Source of the DNA: Chthoniobacterales bacterium
GTDB taxonomy: Bacteria > Verrucomicrobiota > Verrucomicrobiia > Chthoniobacterales > Chthoniobacteraceae
Direction of reading: 5' to 3'
NCBI GenBank assembly: GCA_038207335.1
Contig: JBBQZX010000001.1
Coordinates: 224,001-288,000 of the forward strand
DNA: 64,000 nt
Both the position numbers and the translations under genes were made by a program. Within the stretch, counting starts at the first letter, position 1. Each line of letters begins with the position of its first letter. The notes under the pieces are model-generated. The model was not told the DNA's origin. It ran no database searches and was given only the letters and a program-made list of their open reading frames with translations. Shown piece after piece: positions 19,006-27,163 of the stretch.

Positions 19006-20150
19006 GATTCCTCCTCGCATCTCTCCTCGCCGTCACCGCGATCTTCGCAGACGAGCCCCGGTTCACGCCCGTCTTCATTGGAGGTCAGGATGGCTATCCG
19101 GTCTATCGGATCCCCTCCGTCGTCGTTGGGAAAAGCGGCACCGTGCTGGCATTTGCGGAGGCCCGGAAAAGCCGCACCGATCAGGCGCAGAACGACATCG
19201 TCCTCAAGCGCAGCACCGACGCCGGCGCCACATGGGGACCGCTCCAGCTCATCCACGACGACGGCGCGAACTCCCTCAACAACCCCACGGCCCTCGTCGC
19301 CGACACCGGCCGCATCTTCCTCCTCTACCAGCGCATCCCCGGGCACCTCACCGAGCACAGCAAAGACAAAATCGCCGCCGGCTACGACGGCCCGGACATC
19401 TACCGCACCCTCCTCGTCACCTCCGACGACGACGGCGCGACCTGGACTCCCCCGCGCGACATCACCCGCGGCACCAAGCGCCCCACCGGCGCCACCACCG
19501 TCTGCAGCGGCCCCGGCATCGGCATCCAGCTCACGCGCGGCCCGCATCGCGGCAGGCTCATCGTGCCCTTCAACGAAGGCCCCTACGGTCGCTGGAACAA
19601 CTACGCGGCATTCAGCGACGACTCGGGCGAGACCTGGCGCTGCGGCGCGGATGTCCCGGGCGCATTCCTCGGCGACCGCAGCCAGGTGAATGAAGTCCAG
19701 ATGGTCGAGCTCAGCGACGGCAGCGTGCGGCTGAACTCCCGCCAATTCGCGGGCGCCAAAATGCGCAAGAACGCCATCAGCCGCGACGGCGGCCAGACCT
19801 GGACGCACGTCGAGGACGTCCCCGCGCTCCGGGACCCGAGCTGCATGGCCTCCATCTTCCGTTTCGACTTCGACGAGGCGAAAGGCCGCATCCTCTACAC
19901 TGGTCCCGACAGCCAGCGGCGCGACACCGGCACCCTCCACCTGAGCACCGACGACGGCGCGACATGGCCCGTGAAAAGAATCCTCTATCCCGGTTCCTTC
20001 GCCTACAGCGTCCTCACGCGCCTCGCGGATGGGAAAGTCGGATGCCTCTTTGAAGCCGACGATTACCGACGCATCGTCTTCGCCACCCTCCCGCTCGATT
20101 GGCTACTGGAACAGCCCGCGACGGCCCCGGCCAACCCCGATTTGAGATAA
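19002..20150 (+). CDS. Exo-alpha-sialidase family (GH33/BNR-repeat) protein
   Basis: Signal peptide, YRIP motif, five Asp-boxes (STDAGATW, SDDDGATW, SDDSGETW, SRDGGQTW, STDDGATW), AYS. Confidence 0.88.
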   Translation: MRFLLASLLAVTAIFADEPRFTPVFIGGQDGYPVYRIPSVVVGKSGTVLAFAEARKSRTDQAQNDIVLKRSTDAGATWGPLQLIHDDGANSLNNPTALVADTGRIFLLYQRIPGHLTEHSKDKIAAGYDGPDIYRTLLVTSDDDGATWTPPRDITRGTKRPTGATTVCSGPGIGIQLTRGPHRGRLIVPFNEGPYGRWNNYAAFSDDSGETWRCGADVPGAFLGDRSQVNEVQMVELSDGSVRLNSRQFAGAKMRKNAISRDGGQTWTHVEDVPALRDPSCMASIFRFDFDEAKGRILYTGPDSQRRDTGTLHLSTDDGATWPVKRILYPGSFAYSVLTRLADGKVGCLFEADDYRRIVFATLPLDWLLEQPATAPANPDLR

Positions 20151-20241
20151 GACAGTCGCCTTCAACCCGGACGACCCGCTCGTGAATGGTTCTGGGCCGT
20201 TTCTGCCAGTCGCCTCTGGGCTGAATGGGCGCTGCGACGCG

Positions 20242-21336
20242 TTATCCCATCGCCGCAAGCCATTCGCGGTGGATTTTGGGGGAGATTTCGGAGGGCTTGA
20301 TCTCGCTGCGACCTCCCCAGAAGACGTTGGTGTAGCTGACGGGGATGCCGCAGTCCGCGAGGTGCGCGTCGATCGCGGCTTTGTGGGCGAAGATGCGCTC
20401 TTTTTCCGTCCCGTGGCCGACTGCCATGATGTTGACGTTTTTGAAGCCCGCCCCGCCCTCGCGCCAATAGGCGTGCGTGAGGAACTCGTGGCGTCCGACT
20501 TCACCCCCGGCCTCGACCTCGCGACCCGGCGGCACGGCCCAGTGGAAAAGCGCGTTGAAACGCGTCACGCGCTGTCCGCCGGCGCTCGGCTTCACATGCT
20601 CCAGAAACGTCGAGAAACGCCCGATCACCTGCCGCGAATTCAGCCCCTCCGCAGTCGCGCAAAACGTCTCCAAATCCACGCCCGCTTCCGCCGCGCGCGA
20701 CGCCCACGGATTCGCGCCGATTTCGTCCGGCGTAAATTCGCGCTTCAGGGCGAGGAGGACATCCCACTCCTGTTGCGTGAGCTCCACCGCGCCGACCCGG
20801 ATCATCCGCGCGGTTTCGGGGATGCGGTCGCCGGGCTCGATGGTCTTGCGCCGCACATGGCCGACGCCGAGCGCGAAGATCCCCTTCGCTGGCATGAGCT
20901 TGAAACGCTCGCAGCCCGTGTGGCGCAACAGTACCTCGCAGTGCGCCGCGAGCGACTCGCCGACCGGGACTTTCAACGTCGTCCACAGCCGATACTCGCT
21001 GCCAGCGGTCTGATGGTCGGTCGAACGGACGACGACGTGCCCGCTGAACGGGTCCTTTTGAAACATGAAATCGAAAGCGCCATTCAGCTTTTCCTCCGGC
21101 ACCGTCCACGCCACGAGCGCGCCCTCCGCGAGATTGCTCGCCACGAGCGTCTGCCGCACGCGCCGGATCGTCCCCGCCTCCAGCATCGCGCGGATGCGGG
21201 CGTGGACCGTGTCGATCGGCACGCCTGAAAGACGCGCAATTTCGAGAAAAGGCTCGCGGACAAAGCCGGCGATCTTGTCCTCGGAAACCGCGAGGATCTG
21301 GGCGTTGACGGGGTCGGAATGTTCGATCGGAAGCAT
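20242..21336 (-). CDS. Fused AhbA/AhbB-like siroheme decarboxylase (Lrp/AsnC-like fold)
   Basis: Two tandem HTH+Lrp units (REPFLEIA...GTIRRV...GHVVVR; NPWASRA...IGRF...NALFHW...THAYWR...NIMAVGHG). Confidence 0.7.
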   Translation of the reverse strand: MLPIEHSDPVNAQILAVSEDKIAGFVREPFLEIARLSGVPIDTVHARIRAMLEAGTIRRVRQTLVASNLAEGALVAWTVPEEKLNGAFDFMFQKDPFSGHVVVRSTDHQTAGSEYRLWTTLKVPVGESLAAHCEVLLRHTGCERFKLMPAKGIFALGVGHVRRKTIEPGDRIPETARMIRVGAVELTQQEWDVLLALKREFTPDEIGANPWASRAAEAGVDLETFCATAEGLNSRQVIGRFSTFLEHVKPSAGGQRVTRFNALFHWAVPPGREVEAGGEVGRHEFLTHAYWREGGAGFKNVNIMAVGHGTEKERIFAHKAAIDAHLADCGIPVSYTNVFWGGRSEIKPSEISPKIHREWLAAMG

Positions 21337-21346
21337 GGGACCGCCG

Positions 21347-21374
21347 ACACTAAACAGCGCGCCTCCGATGACAA
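21347..21374 (-). promoter_or_regulatory. Putative sigma70 promoter for the ahbAB-like gene
   Basis: Minus strand TTGTCA-16 nt-TAGTGT-10 nt-ATG. Confidence 0.35.
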
Positions 21375-21484
21375 CTCCGCGCCTGTCTCAGCGGCATTCT
21401 ATTTCATGCAACTCTACTGCTTCACTGCTTGTTCCTAGAGGTTGACAGTTCTCCGCTCCGCAGATTCAGAATGCGCCGAAGCGG

Positions 21485-24166
21485 ATGACATCAGCATCAC
21501 AGGATTCACCCGCAATCATCGGGCGATGGAATGTCTCACTCGATAGGCAAGGCGAGGCCTCCCGCGACGCGCTACGCCCGCTGGCTGAGCGGCATTGGTA
21601 TTGTGTCTATGCGTGGTGGCGGCGCGCAGGCGTGGATGCTGAAAAAGCAGACACTGCCACTCTCGCGTGCTTCACGCGCTGGCTCACGAGCGAGCCTCCT
21701 GCGCGGGAGGAAACCAATGCTACGCGGATGCGCGAATGGCTGCCCGCGCGCCTCGCGGAACTCGCCGAGCGTGGCGTAAAGCTGACCGATCCCGCCGCCA
21801 TCGCGATCGATCCCGAATCGGCCGAGCGCCGCTATGCCAGCGAGCCGGAAGGCGATCCCGACACCGTCTTCCACCGCCGCTGGGCGCTCACGATTCTGGA
21901 ATCCACGCACGACCTTTTGCGCGACGAACACGCCGCCGCGAATCGGGACGAGATGTTTGAGGATCTCGTTCCCTTCATCCGCTACGGCGGCACCGGCGAG
22001 GAGCGCTACAAGGCATTCGCCACGGCGCACGCGATGAGCGTGGGCGCGGCGCACCGGGCCGTGTTCGAGTTCCGCACGCGCTACCGCGAAGTCCTCCACG
22101 ATTTCATCCGCGACACGCTCGACGATGCCGCGGACCTCGCCAGCGAGATGACCTCCCTGCTCTGCGCGTGCGATTTCACCCCGCAGCAGGTCACGAGTCT
22201 CATGGCCGCCGCCGAGGACGACGGCGCACCCGCGGATCGCGTGGAGCATCCTCTCGCGCGCCGCCAGTTGCCCCCTGAGGAAATGCTCGCCCGCGCCATG
22301 CAGAGCGTCCAGATGAGCAGCGGCGGCGCGCACGGCTGGGAGCCCCCGACCGTCGAGGAAACTGCGCGGCTTTTCCCCGGCTACGAGGTGCTCGGCCTCC
22401 TCGGCCGCGGCGGCATGGGCGCGGTCTATCAGGCGCGGCAGACCTCGCTCGACCGACTCGTCGCCATCAAGCTCCTGCCGCTCGAGGTCAGCGTGGACCC
22501 CACTTTCGCCGACCGCTTCCGCCGCGAGGCGCGGGCGATGGCAAAGCTCAACCACCCGAACATCATCGCCGTCTTCGACTTCGGCACGACCATCGAGGGC
22601 CACCTCTTCATCGTCATGGAATACGTCGATGGCGCGAACCTCGCGTACATCATCCACCACAGCGGCCTCGACGCTGCGCAGTCGCTCTCCATCGTCGAGC
22701 AGGTCTGCTCTGCACTCGGCTACGCGCATGGCAAAGGCATCATCCACCGCGACATCAAGCCCGCCAACGTCATGATCGACACCGAAAGTCAGGTGAAGGT
22801 CGCCGACTTCGGCCTCGCCCGCCTCATCGACAACGCCGCGCCCGACCTCGGCCGCACCACGACCGGCACCGTCATGGGCACGCCCGATTACATGGCCCCC
22901 GAGCAGATGCGGGACATGAACGTCGATCACCGCGCCGACATCTACAGCCTCGGCGTCATGAGCTACGAAATGCTCTGCCGCGAAGTGCCAAAGGGCGCCT
23001 TCCGGCATCCCAGCGTCCGCACCGGCTGCGACCAGCGCATCGACCACATCGTCCTCAAGGCCATGCAGCAGGCCCCCGACCACCGCTACCAGAGCACGCA
23101 GGAGATGAAAGCAGACGTGCAAGCCGCGCGCACGCCGCGCATCGTCCCCGCACCGCAACCCGCCGCGCCGAGGCCAAAGCCACCCGCGCTCGCCCAGCGC
23201 GCGCTCGCCAAGCCCGTGCGTCCGTTCGCGCCATTGCCGCCGCCTGCGGCGAAAGGGCGCGCGCCATTGTACGTTGCCATCGCCGCCGCCATCATCGCGC
23301 TCATCGGCGGCGGTATCTATTTCGCAAAGGTGAAGCCCAACGCAATGACCCAAAACGCCACGAGCGCCCAGCTTCCCTCGCTCGCCGCCGCGACCAAGGA
23401 TGCACCGTTCGTGAACACCCTCGGCATGAAGTGCGTCCCCGTGCCAATCACCGGCGGGCCGACGGACGGGCAGCCCGTGCTCTTCAGCGTGTGGGAGACG
23501 CGCGTGCAGGACTACGAGGTATTTTCCCAGGAAACCATACGCCTCTGGCCAAAGGTCCAGTTCGAGCAGGGGCCGACGCATCCCGCAGTGAATGTGACAT
23601 GGGAGGATGCGACGGCATTCTGCGCGTGGCTCACCGAACGCGAGCGGAAGGTTGGTAAGATCAGTGCGGGCGAAGCCTACCGACTGCCGAGCGATCACGA
23701 GTGGAGCTGCGCCGTCGGCATTGGCGGGCAGGAAAATGCGGAGCGTCCCGCCGAAGAGAAGGTTGGGAAACTCGCGAATCTTCGTCCGTGGGGAATCGCG
23801 TGGCCGCCGCCGAAGGAAGCAGGAAATTACGGCTCGGAGGAGTTGAGGCGCGAAATCGAGACGGGCAAATTCGTTTCAGGTTATGGAGGCGTCATCGACG
23901 GATATTCGGATGGATTCGCGCACACCGCGCCGGTTGGGAGTTTCACGCCCAATGGGCTCGGCCTCTACGACCTCGGTGGGAATGCGTGGGAGTGGTGCGA
24001 AGACAGGTTCAACAGCCTACAACAGGACCGCGTGGAACGCGGAGCTTCGTGGGATAACCGCAACCCTGGGGAACTACTGGCGTCGCACCGCAATAAAAAT
24101 GCGTCCACCTTTCGCTCTCCCACCTCCGGCTTCCGCGTTGTTCTGGCGTCAGCGCCCTCTGGATAG
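21485..24166 (+). CDS. Fusion: degenerate ECF-sigma-like domain + Ser/Thr protein kinase + TM helix + FGE-sulfatase (CLec-fold) domain
   Basis: N-terminal HWYCVYAWWRR, AERRY, FHRRWA, FRTRYRE (PVC ECF pattern); LGRGGMGAVY, VAIK, HRDIKPAN, DFGLAR, GTPDYMAPE; TM helix; ATKDAPFVNTLGM, HPAVNVTW, RLPSDHEW, GLYDLGGNAWEW, RGASW, GFRVV. Confidence 0.88.
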   Translation: MTSASQDSPAIIGRWNVSLDRQGEASRDALRPLAERHWYCVYAWWRRAGVDAEKADTATLACFTRWLTSEPPAREETNATRMREWLPARLAELAERGVKLTDPAAIAIDPESAERRYASEPEGDPDTVFHRRWALTILESTHDLLRDEHAAANRDEMFEDLVPFIRYGGTGEERYKAFATAHAMSVGAAHRAVFEFRTRYREVLHDFIRDTLDDAADLASEMTSLLCACDFTPQQVTSLMAAAEDDGAPADRVEHPLARRQLPPEEMLARAMQSVQMSSGGAHGWEPPTVEETARLFPGYEVLGLLGRGGMGAVYQARQTSLDRLVAIKLLPLEVSVDPTFADRFRREARAMAKLNHPNIIAVFDFGTTIEGHLFIVMEYVDGANLAYIIHHSGLDAAQSLSIVEQVCSALGYAHGKGIIHRDIKPANVMIDTESQVKVADFGLARLIDNAAPDLGRTTTGTVMGTPDYMAPEQMRDMNVDHRADIYSLGVMSYEMLCREVPKGAFRHPSVRTGCDQRIDHIVLKAMQQAPDHRYQSTQEMKADVQAARTPRIVPAPQPAAPRPKPPALAQRALAKPVRPFAPLPPPAAKGRAPLYVAIAAAIIALIGGGIYFAKVKPNAMTQNATSAQLPSLAAATKDAPFVNTLGMKCVPVPITGGPTDGQPVLFSVWETRVQDYEVFSQETIRLWPKVQFEQGPTHPAVNVTWEDATAFCAWLTERERKVGKISAGEAYRLPSDHEWSCAVGIGGQENAERPAEEKVGKLANLRPWGIAWPPPKEAGNYGSEELRREIETGKFVSGYGGVIDGYSDGFAHTAPVGSFTPNGLGLYDLGGNAWEWCEDRFNSLQQDRVERGASWDNRNPGELLASHRNKNASTFRSPTSGFRVVLASAPSG

Positions 24167-24255
24167 CCAGCTCAGACAACAACCACGCTCACTACCACCA
24201 CGAAGGACGCGCCATTTGTGAACAGGGTCAGCTCGTGCTGCCTTGCGTGGATTCT

Positions 24256-24906
24256 TCAAAAGCTATCCGTCGGCGCGCGCCGATATTGTTCGCGGCGGCC
24301 GAGTTGGGCGGCGTGATGGACCAGATCTTTCGCCACGATCGAGGTGAAGAGCCCGACGCTGACACCCGCTCCGCGCAGCTTTTGGGCGACCCACAGGTTG
24401 CACATTTTCGGAAAGTAAAAGTGGCCGCGCGCGAGGTAGAAGCGGCTGTCTGGAAAGTAACCCGGGCCGATGGGAATCGGCTTCCCCGCTGGATCGAGGG
24501 CGAACGTGGCGTCGAATTCGCGGATGAGCGCACGGGCATTTTCTGCCGGGATGTCGAAGCGAATCACATCGCTGTGCGCAAATCTCCGCGCGAGCGCGCC
24601 GCGCACCGGGACGACATGCAGGGTGGTCGAATCGAGGCCGAAAATCGCGCGAAAGATCGTGAGGGGATCGACATGGCCTTGGTAGAAGCGGGATGCGCCC
24701 CAGCCGATGACGACGATGTCGGGGCGCGGGTCGGTGGTGATCATTTCCGCATGGGGAAAATCGCGCGCCCGGAAGGCGAGGGAGGAGTGAAAGCCATTGC
24801 TCACGAGCCACACGGGAAGCTCCGGATCCGACGGGCCGGCGATGCCGCCCGCCGCCCCGCAAAGCAAAACCGAGAGGCAAAGAACGAAAGCGCGCGACCG
24901 ATTCAT
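24256..24906 (-). CDS. DUF2459 family protein (exported)
   Basis: Signal peptide; SNGFHS, IGWG..FY, FYLARG, CNLWVAQKL. Confidence 0.75.
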   Translation of the reverse strand: MNRSRAFVLCLSVLLCGAAGGIAGPSDPELPVWLVSNGFHSSLAFRARDFPHAEMITTDPRPDIVVIGWGASRFYQGHVDPLTIFRAIFGLDSTTLHVVPVRGALARRFAHSDVIRFDIPAENARALIREFDATFALDPAGKPIPIGPGYFPDSRFYLARGHFYFPKMCNLWVAQKLRGAGVSVGLFTSIVAKDLVHHAAQLGRREQYRRAPTDSF

Positions 24907-24929
24907 GCGCGCACATTAGATACCCACCC

Positions 24930-25688
24930 GTGACATTGCCAAACGCCTCCGCGCCGACGATCAGCGTGATAATCCCCGTCTGGCGCGACCTCGAAGCGTT
25001 GCACGGCTTGGTGCCGTTTCTGCTATCGCAGCCCAGCGTGCGCGAGGTGATCGTCGCGCTCGCTGATGCCACGCCCGCGGCGCTCGCCACGGTGGAGCAT
25101 CTCGGCGCGCGAGTGATCGACGCGGGCACTCCAAACCGCGGCGCGCAGATGGATGCCGGTGCCGCCGGGGCCACCGGCGACTGGCTGCTCTTCCACCACG
25201 CCGATACCGAAATCACCGCCGCGCACATCGCCTCGCTCGCCGCCGTGTCGGACCGCGACGTGCCCGGCGGCGCGTTCTATCGCCGCTTCGATTCACGGCA
25301 TCCCCGGCTCATGTGGCTGGAGCCGATCGAGCGTTTCCGCAACCGCACCTCCGGCGCGCTCTACGGCGATCAGTCCATTTTCGCGCGCCGCGATGCCTTC
25401 AACCAACTCGGCGGCTTCCGCGGCCTGCCGCTCATGGAGGACGTGGATTTCACGCGCCGAATGCGCCGTGCCGGGCGCGTGATTTTACTCGATCCGCCGA
25501 TCGCCTCCTCGCCCCGCAAACACATCGCGCGCGGGTCTTGGCGCACCACTTTCCAAAACATCCTGCTGCTTGTGCTCTACTCGGTCGGCGTCTCACCGCG
25601 CCGTCTGCACGCATGGTATTACCCCGCATCTGCGGGAGAAACTTCGGACATTCGAGGGTCGCAGGTGGCGCGAGCGCCGAAGCCATGA
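24930..25688 (+). CDS. GT2 glycosyltransferase, TIGR04283-like (arsenosugar/ArsS-associated)
   Basis: ISVIIP, RGAQMDAGA, LLFHHADT, YGDQSIF, GGFRGLPLMEDVDF, SSPRK, L..WY. Confidence 0.85.
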   Translation: MTLPNASAPTISVIIPVWRDLEALHGLVPFLLSQPSVREVIVALADATPAALATVEHLGARVIDAGTPNRGAQMDAGAAGATGDWLLFHHADTEITAAHIASLAAVSDRDVPGGAFYRRFDSRHPRLMWLEPIERFRNRTSGALYGDQSIFARRDAFNQLGGFRGLPLMEDVDFTRRMRRAGRVILLDPPIASSPRKHIARGSWRTTFQNILLLVLYSVGVSPRRLHAWYYPASAGETSDIRGSQVARAPKP

Positions 25689-25694
25689 GATAAG

Positions 25695-27152
25695 ATGCTC
25701 GCCATGCCCGCCACCACCCCACAGCCTCCATCCAAATGGCGTGCCCGCTGGCACGCCTTTCGCCATCCCGTCGCCGAGGAAAAGGCCGCGATCCTGCGCG
25801 ACCGCTGGGCCTCGCTCCCGGCCGAGCTGCAGACGCCGAATCAAATCTCCGGACGGCATCTCACGCACTGCGGCTTCACGCTCGGCGCGAGCTTTTGCTC
25901 CTTCCACTGCACGCACTGCTACCTCCCGCAGAATGCCAACGACGTGCCGCTCCCATCGCTCGCGCAGATGAAAGACCAGATCGCTGCGAACCGCCGGATG
26001 CAGGGTCCGGGCGGCGGATTGCAGATCACGGGCGGCGACGTGGCCGACGCGTATTGGCGCAGCGGCCGGCAGGAGGAGCTAGTGGAAATCGTGCGCTTCG
26101 CCTACTCGACCGGCCTCGTGCCGATGCTGATGACCCACGGGCAGACGCTCATCGAGCACCCAGAGTTTTTAGAAAAGCTCGTCGTCGAAGGCGGCTTGCG
26201 GCAGGTCGCCGTGCATGTCGATATGACGCAGGCGGGCCGCCACGGATACCCGATCGGGCGGATCAAATCGGAGGCAGACTTGCATCCCGTGCGCGAGGCC
26301 TTCACCGAGCTCGGATGGCGCATCCGGGAGAAGACGGGCGCGGCGCTGGAGTTCGCGCACAACTGCACGGTCACGCGCAAGAACATCGATGGCGTGCCGG
26401 AGATCATCCGCTGGGCGCTCGCCGATCCGCGGCGCACGCAGCTCTGGCGGATGCTCAGCTTTCAGCCCGAGGCCGACACGGGCCGCACGATCTACTCCGA
26501 GCGCCCGATCACGCCGGCGCTGACTTGGGAGAAAATCTGCGAGGGCGTCGGCATGGACCTGCGCCGGGATGTCAGCATCTTCGGCCATCCCGACTGCAAC
26601 TCGTGGACTTCGCTGCTCGTCTCGCAGACGACCGGCGCGATCTTCCCCACGCTCCCCGACGACTCGAAATGGGACGCGATCCTCGGCCGCGTGCTCGAGC
26701 GCATCGGCGGCATTTCGTTGATGAACGACGACGCCGGTACGCCGCCATTTCGCATCCTCGGCGCGCTCGCGCACAATCCGCTGCTCGCGGTGAAGCTTCT
26801 CGCGTTCATGGCGAAATTCGCGGTCTCGGGCAAGATCCCCGCCGCCGTATCGCGCGATCTTTTGCGTGGAAAGGTGCACACCGTCGGGATCGGGATGCAC
26901 AATTTCATGGACGCCGCCGTCGTCGCCACCGCGGCGACCGACCCGGTCATCAAGTCGCGCCTCGACTCGTGCGTCTTCAAAGGCGCGGTGCGCGAAAACG
27001 GCGAGTGGACCGCCGTGCCGATGTGCCAGATGAATCAGGAGCGCTGGAGCAAAGTGTACGACGAACGCCTCGCCGATCCCGAGCTGCGGAATAAGCCCCA
27101 AGCCAACCGCATCCAAGCAACAGTGCCGCACGAAGAGCCGGTTGGCGTCTAA
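25695..27152 (+). CDS. Radical SAM protein of unknown function; C-terminal half resembles the Tes/MJ0619 family
   Basis: CSFHCTHC (CxxxCxxC), LQITGGD, SFQPEADTGR, HPDC, HNFMD, RLDSC, VPMCQMN. Confidence 0.8.
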   Translation: MLAMPATTPQPPSKWRARWHAFRHPVAEEKAAILRDRWASLPAELQTPNQISGRHLTHCGFTLGASFCSFHCTHCYLPQNANDVPLPSLAQMKDQIAANRRMQGPGGGLQITGGDVADAYWRSGRQEELVEIVRFAYSTGLVPMLMTHGQTLIEHPEFLEKLVVEGGLRQVAVHVDMTQAGRHGYPIGRIKSEADLHPVREAFTELGWRIREKTGAALEFAHNCTVTRKNIDGVPEIIRWALADPRRTQLWRMLSFQPEADTGRTIYSERPITPALTWEKICEGVGMDLRRDVSIFGHPDCNSWTSLLVSQTTGAIFPTLPDDSKWDAILGRVLERIGGISLMNDDAGTPPFRILGALAHNPLLAVKLLAFMAKFAVSGKIPAAVSRDLLRGKVHTVGIGMHNFMDAAVVATAATDPVIKSRLDSCVFKGAVRENGEWTAVPMCQMNQERWSKVYDERLADPELRNKPQANRIQATVPHEEPVGV

Positions 27153-27163
27153 TTTTCCAACAC

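Noticed and set aside
21442..21472. Sigma70 promoter for the kinase fusion (perfect TTGACA)
   Set aside because: The best -10 candidates lie at 13 or 19 nt spacing, so it is not supportable.
21572..23698. Long antisense ORFs (also 4231-6003, 6775-8274, 27149-28651, 37052-38893, 44773-46683 and others)
   Set aside because: Shadow frames of well-supported genes in high-GC DNA; no motifs of their own.
25695..27152. Extra radical SAM as AhbC/AhbD partner of the AhbAB-like gene
   Set aside because: No SPASM-type Cys pattern is visible, and it is embedded in the arsM/arsS operon rather than linked to ahbAB.
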